A stretch of 64,000 nucleotides of DNA from the NCBI GenBank assembly GCA_031416075.1, contig JANOSY010000024.1, positions 32,001 to 96,000 on the forward strand, given 5' to 3'. The notes beneath the pieces were generated by a model, which did not search any database, was not told the DNA's origin, and saw only the letters and a program-made list of their open reading frames with translations. A program made the position numbers and the translations under genes. This DNA is from Candidatus Tenderia sp. Its GTDB lineage: Bacteria > Pseudomonadota > Gammaproteobacteria > Tenderiales > Tenderiaceae. Positions within the stretch are counted from its first letter, which is position 1, and the number at the start of each line of letters is the position of its first letter. Shown one piece after another: positions 29,878 to 41,143 of this stretch.

Positions 29878-31143
29878 TCAGCGACGCACCACCAGCGCCG
29901 GGGTGATATCCACTTTTGCGGAATAGATCGCCTCAAGCTCAACCACCTCAAGCCCCGCCTTTTCATTGCCATGCTGCTGAGCCATGCGGTACCACTGCAA
30001 CGCCTGGGCGTAATCCTGTGTCACTCCCCAACCATTTTTATAGAGTGTCGCCACATGATACTGGGCATCGGGATCACCTTGACGAGCCGCTACTGTCAGC
30101 CATTGCGCGGCCTTTTTAAGATCCTTTGCAACACCATCACCCGTCAGGTAAATCAACCCCAGATTAAACTGCGCCGTCAACTCACCCTGCTGTGTAGCCA
30201 AGGTATACCACTCAATCGCCCTGACCATATCCACGGCCACGCCCAACCCTTTGTGGTACATAAAACCGATGCTGCTCTGGGCCTTTGCGTACCCCTGTCG
30301 CGCTGCGTTTTGGTACCACATCAATGCACGTTCATAATCACGCCCAGTCCCATTGCCATCACGGTACATCAATGCCAGATTGGTTTGAGCCACCACATTT
30401 CCCTGGGTCGCCGCCTTGTAGAACAGCTCAAATGATCTGGACAGATCAACCTCGCCCCCCTCGCCATTCATATACATCATGCCTAAGGTCACCTGGGCAT
30501 CCGGGCTGGACTGGGCAGCCGCCTTGCTCAACCACTCCCGCGCCAGCTCAAAGTTCTGGACCACGCCATCACCCTTTTTATACATGTAACCCAAGCTATA
30601 CTGGGCAAAACTGTACTCCTGTTCCGCCGCCAAACGGTACCAACGCTCAGCTTCAGCTAAATTCTTAACCACCCCTTCACCGTAATAGTGGATGTCACCC
30701 ACCGCATATTGTGCCGCCGCCAAACCATTGTCCGCGGCCTTGCGTAACCACTTCAGCCCCAGCCAGCTATCCTTCACTACCCCTTCGCCACGGCTGTACA
30801 TAAACCCCAAGCTGAACTGGGCATAAGCAAAATCCTGCACCGCCGCCTTGCGATACCAGGCAGCAGCCTGATGGTAATCTTGGGCAACCTGTTCGCCGTA
30901 ATAGTAAAAATCAGCCAGCTCACTCTGCTGGACCGGACTCACTACATGGAGAAACTGATTATCGCTACAGGGGGCCGCCAATCGATTGACCGTCGCTTGC
31001 TGCCACTCAACACAATTTAGGTCTACCGTAGAAAAACTGAGCTGTCGGGCGCGATCATCCACCGCTGCCTGCACGATAGGGGCGCATATTAATAGCGTCG
31101 GCAATACAACCAGATTTAGTTTTAAAAGATACCGAAAACTCAT
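29878..31143 (-). CDS. Secreted Sel1-repeat protein (9 repeats)
   Basis: Signal-like N-terminus; 36-aa AQxxLGxMYxxGxGVxxDxxxAxxWYxxAA repeats; alternative start GTG 31155. Confidence 0.9.
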   Translation of the reverse strand: MSFRYLLKLNLVVLPTLLICAPIVQAAVDDRARQLSFSTVDLNCVEWQQATVNRLAAPCSDNQFLHVVSPVQQSELADFYYYGEQVAQDYHQAAAWYRKAAVQDFAYAQFSLGFMYSRGEGVVKDSWLGLKWLRKAADNGLAAAQYAVGDIHYYGEGVVKNLAEAERWYRLAAEQEYSFAQYSLGYMYKKGDGVVQNFELAREWLSKAAAQSSPDAQVTLGMMYMNGEGGEVDLSRSFELFYKAATQGNVVAQTNLALMYRDGNGTGRDYERALMWYQNAARQGYAKAQSSIGFMYHKGLGVAVDMVRAIEWYTLATQQGELTAQFNLGLIYLTGDGVAKDLKKAAQWLTVAARQGDPDAQYHVATLYKNGWGVTQDYAQALQWYRMAQQHGNEKAGLEVVELEAIYSAKVDITPALVVRR

Positions 31144-31513
31144 AAACAACTCCACTCAACTCGCTGTTTATCAAAGATAAACACTCTAAAAAGACAACGA
31201 CCGCAGCGTTGAACAAAGTGTCTGTGAGATAATAAAAACCGCCAAACACCTAGCTTGTTAACGGTTCCAGAAGAAAATTCTTAATTAAAAATAAGCTAAC
31301 CTCCCCACATAAACCCCAAAAAAACCTCCGTCACAACCTCATAAAACACCTTCAACAGAATGATTTGTATTAATAAAACACCCAGCCACAAAGGGCCTGA
31401 TTTTAATTTACACACCACATAAAGCCCCCTTATTTTTCACAAACCCACTGATCCCGATCCGCCCTACCGAACACCATCATTTTTAGCAATCTCTTCTGTA
31501 ATCATTCCAAAAC

Positions 31514-31542
31514 TTGCGCCGATACCAATGCCCCCTCATAAT
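31514..31542 (+). promoter_or_regulatory. Putative sigma70 promoter for dxs
   Basis: TTGCGC-N17-CATAAT ending 27 nt before the ATG. Confidence 0.45.
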
Positions 31543-31569
31543 TGACCGTTTTTACACTACGCTGAGAGC

Positions 31570-33474
31570 ATGACCAGCCAACACTACCCACTTTTAGATA
31601 GCATCCCCACCCCTGATGAGCTACGGCAACTACCGCCAGAGCAGCTGACGACCTTGGCGGATGAGCTACGCAGCTTCCTGATTCAGTCAGTGAGCCACAC
31701 TGGCGGCCATCTTTCCGCCGGACTGGGGACGGTCGAACTGACCATCGCCCTGCACTACGTCTTTAACACCCCCGACGACCGACTGGTCTGGGATGTGGGC
31801 CATCAAAGCTATCCCCATAAAATCCTCACTGGTCGTCGCGAGCTAATGCCATCACTGCGCCAGCGCGGTGGTTTGGCGGGGTTTCCCAAGCGCGAAGAGA
31901 GTCCTTACGACACTTTTGGTGTGGGCCACTCCAGCACCTCCATCAGCGCCGCCCTCGGCATGGCGCTAGCCGCCAAGGCCCAAGGGCTAAAACGCAAAGT
32001 GGCAGCGGTGATTGGTGATGGTGCGATGACGGCGGGCATGGCCTTTGAAGCACTCAACCACGCCGGTGATCTGGATGCCAACCTGCTGGTGATCCTCAAC
32101 GATAACGAGATGTCGATCTCCCCCAACGTCGGCGGCATGGCCAACTACCTGGCGCGGGTCCTCTCCGGCAAGTTCTACTCCAGTGTTCGCGAAAGCAGCA
32201 AAAAGGTGCTGGGCAAGATGCCTACCGTGTGGGAGCTGGCACGCCGTGCCGAGGAGCACATGAAGGGCATGGTGGTCCCCGGCACCCTGTTTGAAGAACT
32301 GGGTTTCAACTACATCGGCCCCATCGACGGCCACGACCTGCCTACCTTAATCAGCACCCTGCGTAACATGCGCGACTTTGAAGGCCCGCAATTTCTGCAC
32401 GTTGTCACCAAAAAGGGCAAGGGCTTCACCCCTGCTGAAGAGAACCCCTGCACCTACCACGGCGTCGGCAAGTTTGATCCGGACAACGGCGAGCTGCTGG
32501 CCAGTGCCGGTGCTATCACCTACACCCAGGTCTTTGGCGACTGGCTCTGCGATATGGCCAGCACCGACAAACGGTTTGTCGCCATCACCCCGGCGATGCG
32601 TGAAGGGTCGGGCATGGTGAAGTTTTCCCAAAAGTACCCGGACCAATATTTTGATGTTGGCATAGCTGAACAGCACGCTGTCACCCTCGCGGCAGGCATG
32701 GCCTGCGACGGCATGAGACCGGTCGTGGCGATCTACTCCACCTTTTTACAGCGCGCCTACGACCAGCTGATCCACGACGTGGCCATCCAGAACCTGCCCG
32801 TGCTGTTTGCCATCGACCGCGCTGGCCTGGTCGGGCCTGACGGCCCCACCCATGCCGGCAGCTTTGACCTGAGCTTTCTCAACTGCATCCCCAACATGGT
32901 GGTGATGGCGCCGGCCAACGAAAATGAGTGTCGCCAGATGCTCTACACCGGTCTGCAGCACAACGGCCCCTGCGCCGTGCGCTACCCACGTGGCACCGGG
33001 CCGGGTGTGGCTGTTGAAAAAACAATGACTGCCCTGCCACTGGGCAAGGCCGAACTGCGCCGCACCAGCGGATTAAAGAGTAAACGGGTCGCCCTGCTCG
33101 CCTACGGCAGTATGCTAGGAGCCGCCAGTGCCGCCGCCGAACAGCTCGATGCCACCGTGGTCAACATGCGCTTTGTTAAACCACTGGACGAGTCCATGGT
33201 GCTGAAGCTGGCCCAGGAGCACGAGCTGCTGGTCACGATCGAGGAAAACGCCATCATCGGTGGTGCTGGCAGCCTGGTGGCCACCCTGCTCAACACCCTG
33301 GATGCCCCGCCGCACCTGATCCAGATGGGGCTGCCCGACCACTTCATCGAACACGGTGATCGTATTGCCCTACTCGCCAGTTGTGGCCTCGACAGCAGTG
33401 GCATTATTCAACGCATCAAACACCATCTGGAAAACAGCGCTGAAAACATGGCTGGCCACGGCAGCGCCGCCTAG
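31570..33474 (+). CDS. dxs: 1-deoxy-D-xylulose-5-phosphate synthase
   Basis: [47 protein letters not shown]. Confidence 0.98.
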   Translation: MTSQHYPLLDSIPTPDELRQLPPEQLTTLADELRSFLIQSVSHTGGHLSAGLGTVELTIALHYVFNTPDDRLVWDVGHQSYPHKILTGRRELMPSLRQRGGLAGFPKREESPYDTFGVGHSSTSISAALGMALAAKAQGLKRKVAAVIGDGAMTAGMAFEALNHAGDLDANLLVILNDNEMSISPNVGGMANYLARVLSGKFYSSVRESSKKVLGKMPTVWELARRAEEHMKGMVVPGTLFEELGFNYIGPIDGHDLPTLISTLRNMRDFEGPQFLHVVTKKGKGFTPAEENPCTYHGVGKFDPDNGELLASAGAITYTQVFGDWLCDMASTDKRFVAITPAMREGSGMVKFSQKYPDQYFDVGIAEQHAVTLAAGMACDGMRPVVAIYSTFLQRAYDQLIHDVAIQNLPVLFAIDRAGLVGPDGPTHAGSFDLSFLNCIPNMVVMAPANENECRQMLYTGLQHNGPCAVRYPRGTGPGVAVEKTMTALPLGKAELRRTSGLKSKRVALLAYGSMLGAASAAAEQLDATVVNMRFVKPLDESMVLKLAQEHELLVTIEENAIIGGAGSLVATLLNTLDAPPHLIQMGLPDHFIEHGDRIALLASCGLDSSGIIQRIKHHLENSAENMAGHGSAA

Positions 33475-33518
33475 GTAAAATACCCTAACGTTTTAGTCAG
33501 GAAATACGTAAGCAGATC

Positions 33519-33905
33519 ATGTCCTCACACTACACACTGAAAGTGATTACCGATTTTGCAGCCGCTCACACCCTGCGCAACTACCCGGGTGATTGCGCCA
33601 AAATGCACGGCCACAACTGGAAAGTGGAAGTGGAAGTGACCGCCACCACCCTCAATGAGGTCGGTATTGGCATGGATTTCAAACAGATCCGCAAAGAGGC
33701 CAAAGAGGTATGCGACCATCTTGATCATGAGTACCTCAACGAGCTGACCCCCTTCGATACCATCAACCCAACCGCTGAAAATATCGCCGCCTACATCTAC
33801 AACCAACTGAGTCAACGGCTCAATACCGCCACGGCAAAAATTAGCGCTATTACCATCTGGGAAACAGAGCGGGCCTGCATCCGCTACACGGAGAACCAAG
33901 AGTAA
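33519..33905 (+). CDS. queD: 6-carboxytetrahydropterin synthase
   Basis: FAAAH…[27 protein letters not shown]. Confidence 0.93.
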   Translation: MSSHYTLKVITDFAAAHTLRNYPGDCAKMHGHNWKVEVEVTATTLNEVGIGMDFKQIRKEAKEVCDHLDHEYLNELTPFDTINPTAENIAAYIYNQLSQRLNTATAKISAITIWETERACIRYTENQE

Positions 33906-34702
33906 TGACTGACAAAAACCCCATGATCGATGTTCAAAGCAGTGTCGATGTTCGCTGCATCCCGATTAATAAGGTGGGTATCAAAGATATTCGCCACCCC
34001 GTGCGTGTTAAAGACCGCAGCCAGGGTGAGCAGCACACCATCGCCAACTTCAACATGTATGTACATCTACCCCACAATTTTAAGGGAACCCACATGTCAC
34101 GTTTTGTTGAGATCCTCAACAACTACGAGCGCGAATTCTCTGTCGAAAACTTTGACCGGATGATGGTGGAGATGGCGGAACGGCTGGAGTCCAACGAAGG
34201 GCACATTGAGATGTCCTTCCCCTACTTTGTAGAGAAACCGGCCCCTATCTCCAAAGTAAAAAGCCTGATGGACTATGATGTCACCCTGCTGGGCGAGATT
34301 AAAAACGGCACACCCTCTGTTGCCATCAAGGTAGTCGTGCCCGTCACCAGCCTCTGCCCCTGCTCAAAAGAGATCTCCGCCTACGGTGCCCACAACCAGC
34401 GCTCACACGTCACCGTCACCGTACATACCAACGATTTTGTCTGGATTGAGGACATTATCGACCTTGTTGAAGGGGAAGCATCATGCGAGCTCTTCGGCTT
34501 GCTAAAACGTCCCGACGAAAAATATGTGACCGAACGCGCCTACGACAACCCCAAATTTGTTGAGGATATGGTCCGTGATGTTGCAGCGCGTCTCAATAGC
34601 GACAACCGAATCGACTCCTACACGGTAGAGTCAGAAAACTTTGAGTCTATCCACAACCATTCAGCCTACGCCCTGGTAGAACACAATAAAACACTAACAT
34701 AG
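33905..34702 (+). CDS. folE2: GTP cyclohydrolase IB
   Basis: [37 protein letters not shown]. Confidence 0.96.
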   Translation: MTDKNPMIDVQSSVDVRCIPINKVGIKDIRHPVRVKDRSQGEQHTIANFNMYVHLPHNFKGTHMSRFVEILNNYEREFSVENFDRMMVEMAERLESNEGHIEMSFPYFVEKPAPISKVKSLMDYDVTLLGEIKNGTPSVAIKVVVPVTSLCPCSKEISAYGAHNQRSHVTVTVHTNDFVWIEDIIDLVEGEASCELFGLLKRPDEKYVTERAYDNPKFVEDMVRDVAARLNSDNRIDSYTVESENFESIHNHSAYALVEHNKTLT

Positions 34703-34964
34703 TGGTTTTATCTCCAATATTCATGACTACCTTGTTTCGCCCCCGGTATCGGAGTACAGTTTGCTCCAGAAGATGCCGGGGGCAAAGGCAGGTCTCGTTT
34801 TTCACTCACCTATGCTGTGGCATAAAGTGATCTCCATACCGCAGTACTCTGACCCAGCTAACAAAAATAAATATCGAATGCTTTAAAATCCGTTGCAGTC
34901 GCCACTTTAATTAAAGGTCACTCAAACGCATTTTTTGGGGCATCTGGAAATAAAGGGTAGCCAG

Positions 34965-37397
34965 ATGAAAAGCTTTTTTAACAACTTCACCAGCCGCATG
35001 TTCTTAGGCGAGCTTGCTGTGCACGCCTTGCTGGCAAGCGCACTTTTCTTTCTTGCCCTGCCACTACTCAAACAGGAATACCAAAATCAGTTCATTGAAC
35101 AGGCACAACAGACTTCCAAGCGTATTGCCACCCTATTACAAAACAGCGCGCCCCCCTACCATCTGGAGAGTCTTGTGGGCCACGGCGACATCGTTCACGC
35201 CCGTCTGATCAGTGCGGACCGGGCCAGTGGCAGTTTTAAACACGACTTGGCATATGGCAGTGACAGCAATCACCGCTATCAGATAATCACCCCCTTGCGA
35301 ACGGCAGGCGAACAACTGATTTTAGAGTTGGGGTACGACGAAACACCCACTGAGCAACGCATTACCAACGCCTTTCATTTCGGGATCAACCTGGCAATCG
35401 CTTATGTAGTATTGGCCATGCTGGGTATCGCGCTACTCGGGTCACAGCTGACACGCCCACTGCGGCACTTGCGCCAGACGGCCTTAAATATTGCTGCTGG
35501 CCACCCCATGGAACAGATCAATACCGATACAGAGATCACTGAAGTCAAAGAACTCGCCAACAGCCTGGAGCGGATGCGTAACAGGCTGGTGACCCAACGT
35601 GAAGATCTGGCGATACGCGAAGCGCGTGTCAGTGCGGTCATGGATAACATCGCTGACGGCCTTATCACCATCAACGAACTGGGGCAGATTCAATCATTCA
35701 ATCTGGCAGCAGAGCGCATCTTCAACCACAGCGCCAACGAAATGGTCGGCAACTCTGTTAACGTCCTGTTTGCCGCGCCCCTTATCTCGCGCAATCCGGA
35801 TAACGGTGAGGCCCGCGCCACGATCGAACAACACGCCCCCTATGAAACACTCGGACGACGTAAAGATGGCAGTACCTTCCATATGGAGGCCTCAATCAGT
35901 GAGATTTGCGAACTGGCAGGCTGCATCTCCATCGTCATCTGCCGCGATATTAGTGTGCAAAAGCAGGCTGAACTGGAGATCAAATCGCTCAAGGATGACC
36001 TTGAACAGCGTGTTGTTAAACGCACCCTGGAGCTGGCCTCTGTCAACAAAGAGCTACAGCATCAGGCACTGCACGATGCCCTCACCAGTCTGCCCAACCG
36101 GGTGCTGATGCAGGACCGTCTGCAACAGGCCACACGTGCCGCCAAACGTGAAGGCCACTCACTGGCACTGATGATTACCGATCTGGACCGGTTCAAAGAG
36201 ATCAACGACACCCTCGGCCACCACTACGGTGATCTGCTCCTGCAACAGGTGGCGGGACGGGTACGCAGCGCACTACGTGATTCCGATACCGTCGCCCGGC
36301 TCGGCGGCGACGAGTTTGCAGTCCTGCTACCCACCATCCAGAATGAGGAGCAGGCAACTCAGGCCGCCATCAAAATCGCCACCGCCATGGACGCCCCTTT
36401 CATTCTTGAAAACCAAAATTTTCATGTTGGCATCAGTATCGGCATCGCCATCTATCCCAAAGATGGCGATAATTCAGCCCATCTCATGCGACGCGCCGAT
36501 GTAGCTATGTATGTTGCCAAACGGGCACAGAGCAGCTACGCCTTTTACAACCCTGAACAAGATCAACACAGCGCCAGCCGTCTCGCCTTAGTGGGTGAGC
36601 TACGCCGCGCCCTGGAACAGAACCAACTGGTGGTTCACTACCAACCCACTGTTGATATCAAACAACGTCTGGTCGTCGGTGTTGAGGCGCTGTTGCGCTG
36701 GCAACACCCCATCCGTGGCACACTGCAACCCAGCGAGTTTATCCCCCTGGCGGAACAGACCGGCCTCATCAAGGGATTGACCCTCTTTGTGCTGAATGAG
36801 TCGCTGCAACAGCTGCACCAGTGGCAGGCAAAAGGTGTGCAGCTGCGTATGGCCGTCAATCTGTCGGCACGTAATCTCAACGACCCTGATCTCGTCAAAC
36901 AGATCGATGGACTGCTGAACCATTGGCAGGTTCTGCCTGAACAGTTGCAACTGGACATCACCGAAAGCGCCATCATGGAGGATCCAGCCCGCGCCATGAG
37001 CACGTTATCGCGGATCTACGCCATGGGTATCAAACTCTCTATTGACGATTTTGGCACCGGCTATTCATCCCTTGCCTATCTCAAACAGCTCCCCGTACAT
37101 GAGATCAAAATCGACCGCTCCTTTGTTGAGGGCATGGTTAGCAACAATGAGGATCGTGTCATCGTCCGCTCCACTGTCGACCTCGCCTTCAACATGGGCC
37201 ACCGGGTCATTGCCGAAGGGGTTAACAGTAAAGAGGCCCTTGCCCTGCTGGCCAGCATGGGGTGCGACCATGCTCAGGGCTTCTTTATCAGCAAGCCTCT
37301 GCACGGTAGTGAACTCTATCAATGGCTGAAAACCAATACCGAATGGCGCGCCGATATCAAGCCACGCAATACACGACCTGAACCTGAGATGGTCTAG
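34965..37397 (+). CDS. Membrane HAMP-PAS-GGDEF-EAL c-di-GMP signalling protein
   Basis: Two TM segments, HAMP, PAS, RDSD I-site plus GGDEF, EALLRW, DDFGTGYSSL. Confidence 0.93.
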   Translation: MKSFFNNFTSRMFLGELAVHALLASALFFLALPLLKQEYQNQFIEQAQQTSKRIATLLQNSAPPYHLESLVGHGDIVHARLISADRASGSFKHDLAYGSDSNHRYQIITPLRTAGEQLILELGYDETPTEQRITNAFHFGINLAIAYVVLAMLGIALLGSQLTRPLRHLRQTALNIAAGHPMEQINTDTEITEVKELANSLERMRNRLVTQREDLAIREARVSAVMDNIADGLITINELGQIQSFNLAAERIFNHSANEMVGNSVNVLFAAPLISRNPDNGEARATIEQHAPYETLGRRKDGSTFHMEASISEICELAGCISIVICRDISVQKQAELEIKSLKDDLEQRVVKRTLELASVNKELQHQALHDALTSLPNRVLMQDRLQQATRAAKREGHSLALMITDLDRFKEINDTLGHHYGDLLLQQVAGRVRSALRDSDTVARLGGDEFAVLLPTIQNEEQATQAAIKIATAMDAPFILENQNFHVGISIGIAIYPKDGDNSAHLMRRADVAMYVAKRAQSSYAFYNPEQDQHSASRLALVGELRRALEQNQLVVHYQPTVDIKQRLVVGVEALLRWQHPIRGTLQPSEFIPLAEQTGLIKGLTLFVLNESLQQLHQWQAKGVQLRMAVNLSARNLNDPDLVKQIDGLLNHWQVLPEQLQLDITESAIMEDPARAMSTLSRIYAMGIKLSIDDFGTGYSSLAYLKQLPVHEIKIDRSFVEGMVSNNEDRVIVRSTVDLAFNMGHRVIAEGVNSKEALALLASMGCDHAQGFFISKPLHGSELYQWLKTNTEWRADIKPRNTRPEPEMV

Positions 37398-37417
37398 ATA
37401 GCTGGAATACCAGGCGA

Positions 37418-37903
37418 CTAGAGCCAGTAAACCAGCAGCTGCATACACAACAGCGCCATCGCACCCGCCAAAACATCATCCAGCATAATGCCAACGCCGC
37501 CATGAACATGGGCATCAACCCAGCTAATCGGCCAGGGTTTCACAATATCAAAGAGACGAAAGAGCACAAAACCCACCACCACCCAACCCCACCCGACAGG
37601 GGCCGCCGCCATGGTGATGAGATAACCCACAAACTCATCCCAGACAATTCCCGGATGGTCATGCACCCCCATGTCACTGGCGGTACGGTGGCAGAGCCAG
37701 ATTCCAACCAGTGTCAACAGCAGCAGAATCAGCAGATATAGCGATAGGGAGAGTGGCTGCAACAACAGGTAGAGCGGCACCGCCGCCAGCGTGCCCCAGG
37801 TACCCGGTGCCTTGGGCATCGCACCACTGCCAAAGCCAAAGGCGAGCAGATGGATCGGATTACGCCAGTTTAATTTGGGTAATACACCACGCTGTTTAGC
37901 CAA
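37418..37903 (-). CDS. pgpA: Phosphatidylglycerophosphatase A
   Basis: LAFGFGSG..PKAPGTWGT, DHPGIVWDEFVG, FDIVKPWPI, GIMLDDVLAG; start inferred at TTG overlapping the thiL stop. Confidence 0.93.
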   Translation of the reverse strand: MAKQRGVLPKLNWRNPIHLLAFGFGSGAMPKAPGTWGTLAAVPLYLLLQPLSLSLYLLILLLLTLVGIWLCHRTASDMGVHDHPGIVWDEFVGYLITMAAAPVGWGWVVVGFVLFRLFDIVKPWPISWVDAHVHGGVGIMLDDVLAGAMALLCMQLLVYWL

Positions 37904-38864
37904 AGTGCTGATACCCCCCGGCGTGATACGGAATAGCGTCACCACGGTCAGAGGTTAACCGCAGACCTGGCAGCACCTCAATCTGGCCAATGCAGGTGAC
38001 AGCGCAGTCGATCGCTTGCAGCGCCTGGCTCAGCGCCACCTCATTACCAGCAGGCAGTGTAAAACAGAGTTCATAATCATCCCCCGCTGTGAGCGGCAGC
38101 CGCCACCACTCATCACCGCCCCCCTTCACCTCAGCGGCCACGGGCAAGCTATCAAGGTTCACCGTCGCCCCAACACCGCTGGAAACAAGGATATGGCCGA
38201 GATCCCCGGCCATACCATCGGAGATATCAATCGCAGCTGTTGCCAACCCACGTAGCGCCAGGCCCACGGCCACACGTGGTGTTGGGCGCTGTAACCGTGA
38301 GATAAAATAGTCACGACGTGACGGGGCCAAAATTAACTCAGTACGATCCAATGCCAACTGCAATCCCAATCCAGCATCACCCAGCTGACCAGTCACGTAG
38401 ATCAGATCCCCGACCTTGGCACCATCACGGCGTAACGCCTGGCCAGGGGGCACAAAACCGCAGATTTGCAACGTAATAGTGAGCGGGCCACGGCTAGTAT
38501 CCCCCCCCACCAACGCCACACCATGCTCGGCGGCCAGCTGGCTCAACCCCTCAGAAAACCCCTGCAACCAGCGCTCATCCACCGCTGGCAGTGTCAGCCC
38601 CAGCAACATCCAGGCAGGCTCCGCCCCCATGGCGGCCATATCACTCAGATTGACCGCCACGGTTTTGTAACCAATATCATCAGGGGAGGTGTGCAAGGGA
38701 AAATGGACCCCCTCAACCAAGGTATCCATACTCAGCGCCAGACTCTCGCCAGCGGCGGGGGTCAACAGTGCGGCGTCATCCCCTACCCCCAGCAGCACAT
38801 CACCACGGGCCGCCATGCCGCGACTAAAATAGCGCTTGATCAGCCCAAATTCAGAGATAGCCAT
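37896..38864 (-). CDS. thiL: Thiamine-monophosphate kinase
   Basis: EFGLI..YF, GDDAA, NLSDMAAMG, DISDG, GDDYEL. Confidence 0.96.
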   Translation of the reverse strand: MAISEFGLIKRYFSRGMAARGDVLLGVGDDAALLTPAAGESLALSMDTLVEGVHFPLHTSPDDIGYKTVAVNLSDMAAMGAEPAWMLLGLTLPAVDERWLQGFSEGLSQLAAEHGVALVGGDTSRGPLTITLQICGFVPPGQALRRDGAKVGDLIYVTGQLGDAGLGLQLALDRTELILAPSRRDYFISRLQRPTPRVAVGLALRGLATAAIDISDGMAGDLGHILVSSGVGATVNLDSLPVAAEVKGGGDEWWRLPLTAGDDYELCFTLPAGNEVALSQALQAIDCAVTCIGQIEVLPGLRLTSDRGDAIPYHAGGYQHFG

Positions 38865-38894
38865 GGTGTGTCTGCTAGGCGTCCGGCCAACGCA

Positions 38895-39329
38895 CTATTT
38901 TTTTGGGGTGCGCTGAATTTCCAGCTGACGGGTCTGCTGGGCAACCTTATCCAGTACGCCGTTGACATATTTATGGCTCTGATCAGCGCCAAACATCTTG
39001 GCCGACTCCAGCGCCTCATTAATAACCACCCGATACGGGACGTCGGGACGTGATACCAACTCAAACGTCGCCATCCGTAAAATGGCACGCTCCACCGGGT
39101 CAACACTATTAATATCACGGTCAAGAAAAGGTTTGATCTGCTGGTCTAGGGCCTCCAGCTGACCCGCCACCCCATGCAGCAGCACCTTAAAGTACTCGAG
39201 ATCAACCTTGGCCATCTCACGCTCCACCAGAAACTGATCGTGGATTTCAGAGATATTTTCTCCAGCCATCTGCCACTGATAGAGTGCTTGCACGGCACTG
39301 CGACGTGCCTTGGAACGGGCATTACTCAA
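38895..39329 (-). CDS. nusB: Transcription antitermination factor NusB
   Basis: RSKARRSAVQALYQW, VVINEALE, HKYVNGVLD. Confidence 0.96.
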   Translation of the reverse strand: MSNARSKARRSAVQALYQWQMAGENISEIHDQFLVEREMAKVDLEYFKVLLHGVAGQLEALDQQIKPFLDRDINSVDPVERAILRMATFELVSRPDVPYRVVINEALESAKMFGADQSHKYVNGVLDKVAQQTRQLEIQRTPKK

Positions 39330-39350
39330 ATTTTATTGCTCCTTAATTTA

Positions 39351-39394
39351 TCCCCCCTCACCCTAACCCTCTCCCCCAGGGGGGGCGAGGGGAC
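39351..39394. repeat. BoxC-like extragenic element
   Basis: TCCCCCCTCACCCTAACCCTCTCCCCCAGGGGGGGCGAGGGGAC: pyrimidine tract plus imperfect palindrome. Confidence 0.7.
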
Positions 39395-39431
39395 TGGATG
39401 CACTTCGTAGCAAAGTAACGGGGAATTTCTA

Positions 39432-39911
39432 CTACAGCTTATCAACGCCCTTAAGCAGATTGATCATCTCAATCGCCGACATGGCTGCTTCAACACCTTT
39501 ATTCCCAGCTTTAGTACCAGAACGCTCAATCGCCTGTTCGATACTGTCCACGGTCAATACCCCAAAGGCGACTGGCAGATCATGCTGCATCGCCACCATC
39601 GCCAACCCTTTGGAACACTCACCCGCCACATACTCAAAATGGGGGGTACCCCCACGAATCACTGCACCAACAGCAATGATGGCATCATGTTTTTTCTTCG
39701 CCGCCACTCGTTGTGCCAACAGCGGCAGCTCATACGCACCGGGGGCATAGATCAGGTCGATATTCTCGACCTTGCCGCCATGGCGCTTGATGCAATCAAT
39801 AGCACCAGCGACCAAATGCTCCACCACAAAACTATTAAAACGGCCGGCAACAATGGCAAAGCGGTGGCCAGCGGCGCTGAAATCACCCTCGATTAAATTC
39901 ACGTCTTTCAT
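39432..39911 (-). CDS. ribH: 6,7-dimethyl-8-ribityllumazine synthase
   Basis: [32 protein letters not shown]. Confidence 0.97.
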   Translation of the reverse strand: MKDVNLIEGDFSAAGHRFAIVAGRFNSFVVEHLVAGAIDCIKRHGGKVENIDLIYAPGAYELPLLAQRVAAKKKHDAIIAVGAVIRGGTPHFEYVAGECSKGLAMVAMQHDLPVAFGVLTVDSIEQAIERSGTKAGNKGVEAAMSAIEMINLLKGVDKL

Positions 39912-40031
39912 CTATTTTCCTTAAAACAGTTGGCACTCAGGCCCGTGCATGCGTTAGCGGCCTATTGTAACCGCCCCTAGAGCCTTCCGGATACAACGGA
40001 TCACCGCAAACAGGCTCGCGGCATGCGCTCG

Positions 40032-41135
40032 CTACACATACTCCACCACCTCAAGACCAAACCCGTCCAACCCATGAAGCTTCTTTGGCGCGCCCATCAC
40101 ACGCATTTTACGCACGCCAATGTCAGAGAGGATCTGCGCCCCGGCACCATAGCCACGCAGGTCTGAACTGGTTTCGGGACGGGGCAGATTAATGCCACGG
40201 TCCTGCAGCTGGTAATCACGGATCCGTTTGACCAGATCCGCCGGCTTCTCCTCATGCTGTAACAGCAAAATCACCGCTGATGACTCATCGGCCACTCGTT
40301 GCATGGCCACACGCAGTGGCAATCCCCCATCCCCGCGCTGCACCGCCAGCAAGTCGGTGAAGGTATCCGCAAGATGCACACGCACTAGAATGGGCACATC
40401 AGGTAGGACCTCACCCTTCACCAGGGCCAAATGCAATGCTTTATCAGCGTAGTCCTGGTAGGCCAGCAGCCGGAATTGGCCATACTCCGTGGGTAGCTGG
40501 CACTCTGCCACCCGTTCAACACTTTTTTCGTGCTGCAGGCGGTAGCGGATCAAATCGGCAACCGTGCCAATCTTAAGGCCGTGCTCTTTGGCAAAAATCT
40601 CCAACTCGGGACGACGTGCCATGGTGCCATCATCATTCAGGATCTCAACGATGACACTGGCAGGTTCAAACCCTGCCAGACGCGCCAGGTCACACCCCGC
40701 CTCTGTGTGGCCAGCGCGACTCAATACCCCGCCAGGCTGGGCCATAAGGGGGAAGATGTGACCGGGTTGGTTAATATCCTCCGGCACGGCACCAGCCCTC
40801 ACGGCAGCCTGTACTGTCATGGCCCGATCAGCGGCGGAGATACCGGTAGTCACCCCCTCTGCCGCCTCAATCGAAACAGTAAAATTAGTGCCATGTTTAG
40901 CATGGGTATCCGCCACCATCAGCGGCAATTTCAACTGCTCACACCGCTCACGGGTCAATGGCAGGCAGATCAGGCCACGGGCGTAACGGGCCATGAAGTT
41001 GATATCTTTGGCCTGCACACACTCTGCCGCCATGATCAGATCGCCTTCGTTTTCACGATCCTCATCATCCATCAACACCACCATCTTGCCCTGGCGGATA
41101 TCTTCAATAATCTCTTCGATACTATTCAGTGCCAT
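40032..41135 (-). CDS. ribB: DHBP synthase fused to a degenerate GTP cyclohydrolase II-like domain (RibBX type)
   Basis: [30 protein letters not shown]; C-domain [12 protein letters not shown] lacks the Zn-binding Cys residues. Confidence 0.92.
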   Translation of the reverse strand: MALNSIEEIIEDIRQGKMVVLMDDEDRENEGDLIMAAECVQAKDINFMARYARGLICLPLTRERCEQLKLPLMVADTHAKHGTNFTVSIEAAEGVTTGISAADRAMTVQAAVRAGAVPEDINQPGHIFPLMAQPGGVLSRAGHTEAGCDLARLAGFEPASVIVEILNDDGTMARRPELEIFAKEHGLKIGTVADLIRYRLQHEKSVERVAECQLPTEYGQFRLLAYQDYADKALHLALVKGEVLPDVPILVRVHLADTFTDLLAVQRGDGGLPLRVAMQRVADESSAVILLLQHEEKPADLVKRIRDYQLQDRGINLPRPETSSDLRGYGAGAQILSDIGVRKMRVMGAPKKLHGLDGFGLEVVEYV

Positions 41136-41143
41136 GCGCTCAG

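Noticed and set aside
34843-34856. TACTCTGACCC REP-like motif
   Set aside because: Single short occurrence with no inverted partner nearby
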